From assembly GCA_963810095.1 (NCBI GenBank), contig CAWEMM010000016.1, forward strand, positions 1 to 20,994: a stretch of 20,994 nt of DNA, in the 5' to 3' direction. Source of the stretch: an uncultured Chloroflexia bacterium. GTDB lineage: Bacteria > Chloroflexota > Anaerolineae > CG2-30-64-16. The notes under the pieces are model-generated. The model saw only the letters and a list, made by a program, of their open reading frames with translations. It had not been told where the DNA came from and made no database searches. Positions 1 through 8,847 of this stretch are shown here, piece by piece (within the stretch, counting starts at the first letter, position 1; every line of letters begins with the position of its first letter). A program made the translations under genes and the position numbers.

Positions 1-69
1 AGTCCACAGTTGTTCGGAGACATGGTAAACACTAGTATGGGCAGAACTGCCAAGATGCAGGAGGCGGCG

Positions 70-1248
70 ATGCCCTGGAAAGAAGTGAGTACCATGTCCC
101 TGCGGCTGGAGTTTGTGATGCTGGCGCAGCAGGAAGGGGCCAACGTGCGGGCCTTGTGTGAGCGCTTTGGCATCAGTTCGAAGACTGCCTACAAGTGGTT
201 GGCGCGGTATGCAGCGGCGGGTGCGGCGGGCTTGGCCGACCGGTCGCGGCGGCCGCACGGTATGCCACGACGGACGCCGCCGACGCTGGAACAACTGGTG
301 CTGACGGCGCGCCAGGCGCATCCGGCCTGGGGCGGCCGCAAGCTGAAGGCTTACCTGGAACGCGCAGGGCACACGGGCGTGCCAGCCGCCTCGACGATCA
401 CGGCGATCTTGCAGCGTCACGGGCGGATTGCGCGGGCGGAGAGTGTCAAGCACCGCGCTTGGCAGCGGTTTGAGCAGGCGGCGCCCAATCAGTTGTGGCA
501 GATGGACTTCAAGGGCCACTTTGCGCTCAGCGCCGGTGGGCGCTGCCATCCGTTGACGGTGTTGGACGATCACTCGCGCTGTTTGTTGGGCTTGACAGCC
601 TGCGCCAATGAGACGAGCGTCACCGTGCAGGCCGCCCTGACGGCGCTGTTCCGCCGGTATGGCCTGCCCGACCGCATTCTGTGCGACAATGGGTCGCCCT
701 GGGGCACGACGGGCGATGCGGCGCATCCGTACACCCCGCTGCACGTCTGGCTGCTGCGGCTGGGCGTGAGGTTGAGTCACGGTCGGCCCAACCACCCCCA
801 AACGCAAGGCAAGGACGAGCGGTTGCACCGGACGCTGCAGGCCGAATTGCTGACTCAGGGGCCGTGGGCCGACTTGGTCGCCAGCCAGTTGGCCTTCAGT
901 CAGTGGCGCGAGCTGTATAATCACGAGCGGCCGCACGAGGCCTTGGCGGGCCGCGTGCCGGCCGAGTGCTATTGGCCTAGCCCACGGCGCTTTCCCGACG
1001 TCTTGCCCCCGCTGCGCTATCCGCCCCAGTTGTGGTTGCGCAAAGTGCAAGGCAAGGGCGAGATCTACTATGCCGGCCGGGAGTTTCAAGTCGGGCGGGC
1101 CTTCACGGGCTACACCGTCGGCCTGCGCCAGCTCGACGAGCAAATCTTTGACGTCTACTTTGGTCCGACCGTGATCTGGCGCTTCGACCGCAGTGGTACG
1201 CTGCGCATCCCCGGCGCACCACGGCCGGATTCCTCCGGGGACGGCTGA
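70..1248 (+). CDS. IS481-family DDE transposase
   Basis: MPWKEVSTMSLRLEFV start after a CAGGAGG RBS. N-terminal HTH (LCERFGISSKTAYKW), WGGRK, and integrase core LWQMDFKG / LDDHSR / DNGSPW / PQTQGKDER / YNHERPH. ORF is intact. Confidence 0.95.
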   Translation: MPWKEVSTMSLRLEFVMLAQQEGANVRALCERFGISSKTAYKWLARYAAAGAAGLADRSRRPHGMPRRTPPTLEQLVLTARQAHPAWGGRKLKAYLERAGHTGVPAASTITAILQRHGRIARAESVKHRAWQRFEQAAPNQLWQMDFKGHFALSAGGRCHPLTVLDDHSRCLLGLTACANETSVTVQAALTALFRRYGLPDRILCDNGSPWGTTGDAAHPYTPLHVWLLRLGVRLSHGRPNHPQTQGKDERLHRTLQAELLTQGPWADLVASQLAFSQWRELYNHERPHEALAGRVPAECYWPSPRRFPDVLPPLRYPPQLWLRKVQGKGEIYYAGREFQVGRAFTGYTVGLRQLDEQIFDVYFGPTVIWRFDRSGTLRIPGAPRPDSSGDG

Positions 1249-1278
1249 GCTAACCAAGAGCTCAGCCGTCCCCGGAGG
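1232..1278. repeat. Perfect 20-bp inverted repeat overlapping the transposase stop codon
   Basis: CCTCCGGGGACGGCTGAGCT (1232-1251), 7-nt loop, AGCTCAGCCGTCCCCGGAGG (1259-1278). Confidence 0.9.
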
Positions 1279-1416
1279 TGCTTGCGTGATAGCGCGTGGT
1301 GACACCCGCCAAGTGTTTACCATGTTTCCGAACACTCGTTTACCATGTGTCCGGTCTATACAGGGTGCGGGGGCGAGCCCGCCCCCAACAAAGAAGGATC
1401 AGATGGAATACGGACC

Positions 1417-2458
1417 ATGCCACAACCACTAACCGCCCTACAGCTCGAAGCCACCGGCCCGGCCACCCTGGCCGAGGTCATGGAGGAGGTCGAGTTCCAG
1501 GCCCAGAACGGCAAAGCCGAACGCCTCCGGCCGATCCCGACCGGCTTCACGCCGCTCGACGACATCCTCAACGGCGGCCTGCGCTCGGGCGAGCTCATGA
1601 TGGTCGGCGGCACCTTCGGTGTCGGCAAGACCATCTGGGCCCTGCCAGGTGGCCCGCAATGCCGTGGTGAACGACACGACCGCCCACGCGCTGTACATCT
1701 GCTATGAGCACGACCGGCCCCACCTGCTGTCCCGCCTGCTGTGCATGGAGAGTGCCGAGCGCGGCTATCGCGAGGACGCACTGACGCTCAAGAAGCTGGC
1801 CGACCTCACCCTGTCGTCGCAGGGCGGAACAGGCGGCCTCATCGCCCGCCTGCGCAAGGTGCCGCGCTACGCGCCCATCATGCAGGCGCTCGATTCCTAC
1901 GGTGACCGCCTGGTCCTGGCCAAGGCGAGCGGCGACCACACGGGCCTCGACCAGGTGCGCACGTGGGTGCAGGACGAGGTGGCCGCCGGCGCCACCCGGC
2001 TGCTGGTCGTCGTCGACTACCTGCAGAAGATCCCCGTGCGTCTCAACACCCTCGAGCCCGAGACCGAAGTCACGACCTACCTGACCCAGGGGCTGAAGGA
2101 AATGGCCATGGCCCTCGGCGTGCAGGTGCTGGCCATCGCTGCGTCCGACCGGATGGGCCTCAAGTCGAAGCGCATGCGGCTCTCCGATCTGCGCGGCAGT
2201 TCCGCGCTCCAGTACGAGGCCGATATCGGCTTGATCATGAATAACAAATACACCATCATCAGTCGCGAACACATGGTGTATAATGTGTCACAAGCAGATG
2301 CGATGCGTGGCTGGGTAGTCATGAGTGTGGAGAAGAACCGGGCCGGCCGCAACGCGGTCGACATGGAGTTCCAGCTCGATGCGTCGCACTTCCGGATGGT
2401 GATCAAGGGCGATTTCGTCCGCGAGCGGCTGGTGGACGAAAAGGTCATCCTGGAGTAG
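1417..2458 (+). CDS. DnaB-like helicase C-terminal (RecA-fold ATPase) domain protein; frameshift near 1645
   Basis: IPTGFTPLDDILNGGLRSGELMMVGGTFGVGKT (Walker A) in one frame continues in the 1619..2458 frame with YICYE, VVVDYLQKI (Walker B), LKEMAMALGVQVL, LSDLRGSSALQYEAD and VEKNRAG. No N-terminal primase-binding domain. Confidence 0.85.
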
Positions 2459-2557
2459 TGCTGAACCTTGGGCATCCTGAGCGAAGGGCTCGGCGCAGTC
2501 GGATCCTGGGCGACGCCTGCACGCAGTCGAAGGATCGCCCACGGAGAGCGACATTAT

Positions 2558-4357
2558 ATGGCCGAATTGCTCGCAGCTGAGGGATGGGTCAAGGCAGGCT
2601 CGGCAGGGTCGTACCTGAGAGAAAACCTGCCCAGCGACTACATCGTCGTGGCAGACCGCGCGTGTCAGGCCAATCGCTGGCCGCTGCGGTCGTCGGCCAC
2701 GGCGCGCTCTTCCTCATCGAAGACCTCAACGCGGAGCCCGGTAAGGCCGCCGGTCTGCCCGCGTCCGGTGGCAAGAACGGGCACGGTCCGGTGGGCGCAG
2801 CCGAAAACTTCCTCAAGGACGAATTCCCGGCGCTCAAGCTGTTCCTCATGGCCGTGCGCGGCGCGCGCGACTGGGCCGAGGGACCCGTCACCTGGCGGGT
2901 GTCCGAACCGCTGGAGTGGGCGGATCAGCCGCTGGCCGACGTGATCGTGGCCGCCGACAAGGAAGTCGTCGCATCGCTCGACGACGACCAGCGCGAGGAG
3001 CTGGCCATTGGGCTCCGCGACCGGCAGCTGACCGCCAACCAGGCGGCCGGCAAGCCGTTCATGTTCCCCTCCGGCGGCGCATTTCGCACGGGCACCCGCG
3101 TCACCAGTGTCCGCCAGGCGATCGACCACATGGACCGCTACCCCTCAGACGGCGCGCAGGTGCTCCGCGATGGCACGCTGGCAGCCTGGTTCGAGGACGA
3201 AGGCGCGCACCATCTCGCGGGCCTGGCTCGGGATGTGACCCGCCAGTCGAAGACCGACACTCGCATCATGCTCGAGACCTTCCTCCTCGGCACCGGCCTG
3301 GTCGAACGCCCCCGCCTGGTAACCCGGCCCGCCCGGGTGGAGCTGGGGCTGGTCGTCCAGGGGCAGAAGGTGGCACACCGGCTCCGGCTTGAGAACGGAG
3401 CGCGGCAGCCGGGGCTTCCTCTTCGGCAGCGTCACGGCGTGCGGCCCGTGGTTGCGGGTGGAGCCGCGGGAGTTCGCCGGGACGCCGGTTGAATTGGTCG
3501 TGACGGCCGAAACCGGCGCCCTGCCGATTTCGTCCGCATCCTACCTCTCAGACGTCGAGATCAGCTGCAGCGGGAGCGTCGAGCCGATCTGCGTGCCCGT
3601 CACCGTGTCCGTCGTCGCAGCGCCACCCGGGTTCATCCGCCTCGGCGTCCGGCCGCTGGCCGGTTTTCTGCTCGGCGCCCTGATCGGCGCGTTGATCGCG
3701 CTGCTTTGGCGGGCCACGGGTCTCGTCGGCGACCACAACCTGCTCCTCTGGACGATCGCGCTGGCCGCCGTGTGGGGGCTGGCGGGCGGGGTCCGTGCCT
3801 TGCGCCAGCCGGGAGCCTGGCCGACCCGTGTCGCTCTGCCCCGTTGGCTGCTTAAGGTGCTCGCATGGAGCGCCGGCCTCGCCCTCCTGGCCGCGGTGAT
3901 CATGGAAGCGTGGCGTCTTGGGCTGGGCGGTGGGCTTGAGTTCGAGGGTGTGTCGCTGGCAGCCGCGGCAGCAGCCGGCGCGGCATTTGGCTTTGTGGCC
4001 GCCACGCTCGACGAGCTGGCGCACAGCCGGCATGCGAACGACGAAGACTACGTGCATGGCCGGCGGTCCAGCCGGCGGCCCGTGCTCTTCGCCGTGGCAG
4101 GCATCGTGTTGGTGCTGGCCGCGCTGCTGACCCCCCGGGTTATCACGACTGCGGTGAACCGGAGCGAGGTGCAGGCGACGGCGGCGCCCGCACGGAACTG
4201 GGTCGAGGCCCGCTGGAACGAACTGGGCGAGTCGCTGGACAAGCTGACCCGCGACCTGACGATGCGCTACTATGACCGGCCCGCCGGCGTGGTGGGCCCG
4301 ACGCCCACGCCGCCTGTGTCGGGCACGAACATCTTGAAGACCTTGAGCGGCCAGTGA
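2558..4357 (+). CDS. Multidomain membrane protein: degenerate NERD-like N-terminus, helical region, Ig/BACON-like domain, ~5 TM helices; frameshifts near 2657 and 3398
   Basis: Joined from three overlapping frames (MAELLAAEG..., ...PRVSGQSLAAAVVGHGALFLIED..., ...GSRGFLFGSVTACGPWLRVEPREF...). Hydrophobic segments lie between ~3640 and 4150. The stop lies just upstream of tadE. Confidence 0.6.
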
Positions 4358-4383
4358 TGAACGGGATGCGGCGGAGGAGACTT

Positions 4384-4791
4384 ATGAGACGCTCTGAGCG
4401 GGGTGCCAATCTCGTGGAGTTTGCGATCGTGGCGCCGCTGCTGATACTGCTGATTGCCGGTATTGCCGACATCGGCCGCGCATTTCACTCCTATATGATT
4501 ATCACAAATGCTTCACGGGAGGCTGCACGGTACGCGGCGCGCTATCCGCTCCATAACATCGGCATCTGCCAGGCGGCGCTCAACGAAACTACGGGCAGTG
4601 CAGTGACCCTGAACTGCGCGACAGACCTCGCCAAGACGTTTCCCAACGCCAGCTCGGCGGGCGGGCAACCGGTCCGCGTGACGGTCACGATCAACTTCCC
4701 GACAATTATCGGCAGCTTCATCGGGACGAACAACCTGACCTTGAGCGCCCGCACCGAGATGGCGATTTTTGGGTTGGATACTCCGCCCTGA
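4384..4791 (+). CDS. tadE: TadE/TadG-family Flp pilus pseudopilin
   Basis: RRSERG/ANLVEFAIVAPLLILLIAGIADIG class III signal (G|xxxxEF), then ITNASREAARYA. GGAGGAG RBS upstream of ATG 4384. Confidence 0.9.
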   Translation: MRRSERGANLVEFAIVAPLLILLIAGIADIGRAFHSYMIITNASREAARYAARYPLHNIGICQAALNETTGSAVTLNCATDLAKTFPNASSAGGQPVRVTVTINFPTIIGSFIGTNNLTLSARTEMAIFGLDTPP

Positions 4792-4832
4792 GTTTCAGGT
4801 AGGCCCATCCTTAAGTGCAGATGGAGGTACAA

Positions 4833-5938
4833 ATGAAGCGAATCTGGGCCACCACGGCAGAGAACGGGCAAACCCTGGTATGGGTTGCCCTGGCGATGGT
4901 GGTGCTCCTTGCCTTCGTGGGCCTGGCGATAGACGGAGGTGCGGTCTACGCTGAGCGGCGGCGGATGCAGAATGCTGCGGATGCAGGTGCTCTCGCAGGC
5001 GCGGCGGGAAAAATGCTTTGGTACGAATCAGACATGGCCGAACGTCGTTAGCGTGGCCCAGAACTACACGATCGCTCGCAATGGGGCGCAGTCCGCAGCC
5101 GTCACGCCGTTCGAAGGCACGGAGCAGAAGGTTCAGGTAACGGCAGGCACGACAATGCCGACCTCGTTCATCCGCGTGGTCGGCATCAACAGCATACCGG
5201 TGGCCGCGACCGCTGTTGCTGCATGCGGAGAGTCGACGACGCCGTGTGAACTCTGGCCAATCGGATACGACGCGAGCGCCTTCCACCCGACACACTGCGG
5301 GGAGGAATTTCTCCTCTGGGGATCCGAGAACAACAGCGACGTAAGCCAGGAGTTGTGCGGTACGCTCTGCGATTGTGATGTTGACAATGACGGCGTGCAG
5401 GAATACCCGATGGATGGGAGGACCTGGCTCGATTTTTCCAACATCATCCTTGGCGGCACGAGTGATCCGTGCGACGGGCCTGGCTGCGGTGCAGATGAAC
5501 TCAAGTCGCGGATCGTAGGATACCAGTTGCCGCACGGGAGCGCCTGCCTCTCACGCATCTCGATTCCTTCCTGCACGGCGGGTGATGGCGGCGTAATCGC
5601 AAGTGGCTGGAACACGGCCGACAGTATGACGGGTAAGGTCGTCGGCATTCCGCTATACGATGCAGCTCGATCGTATCCGAATACCACTACCTGTACCGTC
5701 ACTGGCGGCACATCTTGCGGCGCCAACCGTCCGTATTGGATTGTCGATGTCGGGTGCGTCAAGATCAAAGGTTCGTACAACCTAAAGGATTGGAGCACAA
5801 ATAAGTGTCCGGGTAACATCAGCAAGGTAATCCTGGTGGAGGTTGCCTGCGGCTCCCAGTGCACCTCGTCGTGCAGTGGCACCGATCGGCAGCCCCTGCG
5901 AGGTCGGTGATATGTGCTCGGTGAGCCTGATCAGGTGA
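4833..5938 (+). CDS. tadG: TadG-like Flp pilus pseudopilin with large Cys-rich C-terminal domain; frameshifts near 5003 and 5887
   Basis: ENG/QTLVWVALAMVVLLAFVGLAIDGG...MQNAADAGALAGA Tad N-terminus after a GGAGG RBS. Continues in the 4939..5910 frame (TMPTSFIRVVGI...AATAVA). The rebuilt end is GSPCEVGDMCSVSLIR* at 5938. Confidence 0.8.
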
Positions 5939-6700
5939 TTCGGGCGGTTGGGCTGGTCCTTGGTGTTGTAGCCGGCCTGGTCGCCGGAGCGGCGGGAAAC
6001 CTTGCGGCGGATAGACTGCCGGAGCGAGCCTCCCGCAGGCGGGCGTAGCGGGCGCCGCGGGAGCGGAAGTCGTCGTATTGGCAGACGGTGCAAGTGGGCT
6101 CCGGGTCGCATGACCGGCCACATCCTCCACTACCTCACCCTGCCCTGGTACTTCTTACCGGGGCCGCTGCCCCCACTGCGGCGAGCGCCGCCCCTTGCGC
6201 GCCCGCTCCTCGAGCTCGCCATGATCGCCGCCTTCGTCCTCATCGCCTGGCGGTTCTCGGCGGACCCGGCCCGCATGGTCCTCTACTGGCTCTACGCCTG
6301 GTTCCTGCTGACCGTGCTCGTCATCGACCTCGAGCACCGGCTCGTGCTGAACGTGATGACCCTGCCCGCCGCAGTCATGGCGCTCGCCGCGAGCTTCCTG
6401 CCCGGCGCGCCCACGCCCGTCGAGGCGCTGCTCGGCGGCGCGGTCGCGTTCGTCGTCTTCTTCCTCATCGCCCTGATCGGCCGGGGCGCGATGGGCATGG
6501 GCGACGTCAAGCTGGCCGGCGTGATCGGGCTCATGGTCGGCTACCCGCTCGTGGTGCCGGCGCTGCTCGCCGGGATCATCCTGGGCGGACTGGCCGCGGC
6601 CCTCCTGCTGATCACGAAACGCGCCACCCGCAAGACGGCCATCGCCTACGCGCCTTACCTCTGTGCCGGCGCGCTCGCGATCCTGGTGTTGATGAAGTAA
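5935..6700 (+). CDS. A24 prepilin peptidase (TadV/CpaA/PilD-like); several frameshifts in the 5' half
   Basis: GTG overlaps the tadG TGA and gives VIRAVGLVLGVVAGLVAGAAGNLAADRLP. GRCPHCG appears in an alternate frame at ~6160-6185. Catalytic aspartates in VLVIDLEHR and MGMGDVKLAG; C-terminal IAYAPYL. Confidence 0.85.
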
Positions 6701-6774
6701 GTGGGCCCGACCGCGGCGGTCCGGCCCGCAAGGGACCTGCGTTTCATGGGCATTGCGCCACGAACGCCCCCTAC

Positions 6775-7640
6775 GGCGACGCGACCCCCTCTTTATGGGC
6801 ATTAACCTGGCGAAGGGCGTAACCTTTGGGGGTTTCGGGGGCGAAGCCCCTGAAGCGGGGGGCGTTGAGGGCAAGCTCGCCCCCAACAATCTAAACCCGC
6901 TCGGCTACACACCACGATTCTGTGGCTCGCGGGATGTGCAAGGCCCGCCTCGCCGACGACCAGCGTTCTGTGTGCAACGTCCCACCAGCGCCCCCCGGTG
7001 ACGATGCGATCCCGCTCTTGACGGCGGTCAACCTCGCCAGGGGCGTCGCGATTGGGGGTCTCGGGGGCGGGGCCAGCTGGCCCCCGCCACAGGAACACCT
7101 CGGCGAGGGTGGCTGGTGCGAGCCTGCCCTCCGCCACGCACGAGACCAGCATTCGTGCCAGGCCATTACAGCAACGCCAGCGGCGCCAGCACACCTGGCG
7201 CCCACGACGGCTCAGCACCGCCAGGAGCGTGCCCTTTGGGGGTTGCGGCGGGCAGCTGGCCACCGCCACAGAGAACCCAAAGGGAGGGTGGCAGGGCCGA
7301 GCCTGTCCTCAGCCTCGCACGAGACCAGCATTCGTGCCAGGCCGTTACAGCAACGCCACCGGCGCCAGCACACCTGGCGCCCAAGCCGCGCTAGCACCGC
7401 CAGGAGCGTACCCATTTGGGGGTCTCGGGGGCGTGCCGCCGCAGCGGGTTGCCCCTGAGGCGGGGGGTGGCGGGGGCCGGCCGGCCCCCGCCGCAGAGAA
7501 GACTTTGGGACCGGGGTGGCCGGGGGCCAGCCGGCTTCCGCCGCAGAGAACCCAGAGGTGAGGGTGGCGGGGCGAGCCGGTCCCCGCCAAAAAGAAGACT
7601 TTGGGACCGGTGGTGGGGGCCAGCCGGTCCCCACCGAAAA
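6775..7640. repeat. Composite REP/BIME-like repeat region (179-bp tandem duplication plus ~48-bp palindromic units)
   Basis: 7137-7204 is near identical to 7316-7383 (period 179). A (A/T)TTGGGGGT(C/T)TCGGGGGC-like core occurs at 6825, 7051, 7235 and 7415. GGCGGGG..CCCCGCC-type hairpins at ~7066, 7247, 7469, 7518, 7566 and 7612. Confidence 0.8.
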
Positions 7641-7661
7641 GGCATAATCCCGGAGTACACC

Positions 7662-8041
7662 ATGACGCCACCAAGCAAAACCTACCAACTCGTCAACACC
7701 ACGAACGGCACGACCATCGCCGGTTGCACCCGCCTCGCCGACAACCCCTGGACCAGCTTCAAGGGCCTCATGGGCGCCGCGCCGCTGCCCGCGGGCGCGG
7801 CCCTCCTGATCACCCCCTCCTCCTCCATCCACACCCACTTCATGCGCTTCGCCATTGAGTTCTTTATGTCAATAAAGACGACACCATCGTGGGCATCGAC
7901 CGGGACCTGAAGCCCTGGCGCTTCGGCCACTTCTACAAGAGCGTCAAATACGTCGTCGAAATGTCCTCCGGCGGCGCGGGGATTGCCAGGTGGGAGACGA
8001 GAATCGACCTTCACCCCGCGCTGCCGGACGGCGAGGGATAA
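7662..8041 (+). CDS. DUF192 domain protein; frameshifts near 7865 and 7975-8000
   Basis: LADNPWTSFKGLMG...LLITPSSSIHTHFMRFAI, then in another frame IVGIDRDLKPWRF...KYVVEMSSG. These are DUF192 hallmarks, and the family is often found at Tad loci. Confidence 0.8.
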
Positions 8042-8139
8042 AATAGGACACTGATTGAACGGATCGGACTGATGATCACGATCTTTACCCAATGGACCGT
8101 GCAGATCAGTTCAATCAGTTGCATCAGTGTCCCATTTCA
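8011..8139. repeat. Copy 1 of a ~130-bp dispersed palindromic element with 9-bp periodicity
   Basis: GGACACTGAT (8046-8055) pairs with ATCAGTGTCC (8123-8132). Closely matches 10082-10211. Lies between convergent genes. Confidence 0.85.
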
Positions 8140-8201
8140 CATCAGAAGATCATGTCAATGCATCCGGGCCGCGTCATCAGCGTCCCACAACGGTTCTATT
8201 C

Positions 8202-8835
8202 CTATGCCAAGAGTGCTTTCGCCAGGCGAACGGCCGAGGACGCATCGGGGCTGTAACCGTCCGCGCCGATCTGCCTGGCAAACCCGTCCGTCACGGGCAC
8301 GCCGCCGATCATGACCTTGACTTGGTCGCGCAGCCCGGCCTCTTCGAGCGCCTTGATCGTGCCGGTCATCGACGGCATGGTCGTGGTGAGCAGGGCGCGA
8401 CATGCCAATCACTTGCGGCTTGTGCTCTTGCACGGCCTTGACGAACTTGTCAGGGGTGACGTCGGTGCCCAGGTCCACCACCTCGAACCCCGCGCCCTCC
8501 AGCATCATGGCGACCAGGTTCTTGCCGATGTCGTGCAGGTCGCCCTTGACGGTGCCGACCACGACCTTGCCGGCCGACACCGCTCCGGCATCCGCCAGGT
8601 GCGGCTTGAGGAGCACCAGTCCGGCCTGCATCGCCCGGGCCGAAACCAGCATTTCGGGCACGAAGTACTCATTTTCTTCGAACAGCCGGCCCACCTCCGC
8701 CATCGCGGAGATCAGCCCGTCGCTGAGTATGACCTCCGGCGCAACCCCGGCGCCGAGCGCGGCCTGCACACCCGCCTTCGCCGCGGGCGCATCGCCTTCA
8801 AGCACGGCCTGGTAAAGCGATTCAAGCTGTGTCAC
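8202..8835 (-). CDS. Corrinoid (cobalamin-binding) protein, MtaC/MtbC-like; frameshift near 8397
   Basis: Cap domain (GLISAMAEVGRLFEENEYFVPEML), GTVKGDLHDIGKNLV (DxHxxG), GMS-ALLTTTM, KVMIGG, IGADGYSPDA. Confidence 0.93.
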
Positions 8836-8847
8836 GTTTCCTCCTCG

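Larger units (their letters stand above)
1..1362 (+). mobile_element. IS481-family insertion sequence (left terminus lies just outside the window)
   Basis: The right end finishes ...CCGGTCTATACA at 1362 (TGT..ACA ends are typical of IS481/IS3). It contains two GTTTACCATGT motifs within 1313-1362. TGTTCGGAGACATGGTAAACAC at 11-32 is the inverted match to 1313-1334. The element encloses a DDE transposase ORF. Confidence 0.9.

Noticed and set aside
1640-1650. Programmed frameshift in the DnaB-like gene
   Set aside because: No slippery heptamer, and similar indels occur throughout the window.
1417-2458. Replicative dnaB or prophage replication module
   Set aside because: No N-terminal domain, altered H3/H4 motifs, and no phage or replication genes nearby.
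6703-6727. Intrinsic terminator after the prepilin peptidase
   Set aside because: A GC hairpin is present but has no U tract and cannot be separated from the adjacent repeat array.
7465-7640. Possible CRISPR array
   Set aside because: The repeats are degenerate, the linkers are short and reused rather than unique spacers, and no cas genes are in the window.
6753-7678. Many overlapping ORFs on both strands in the repeat region
   Set aside because: Low-complexity translations of GC-rich repeats, with no recognisable domain or convincing RBS.
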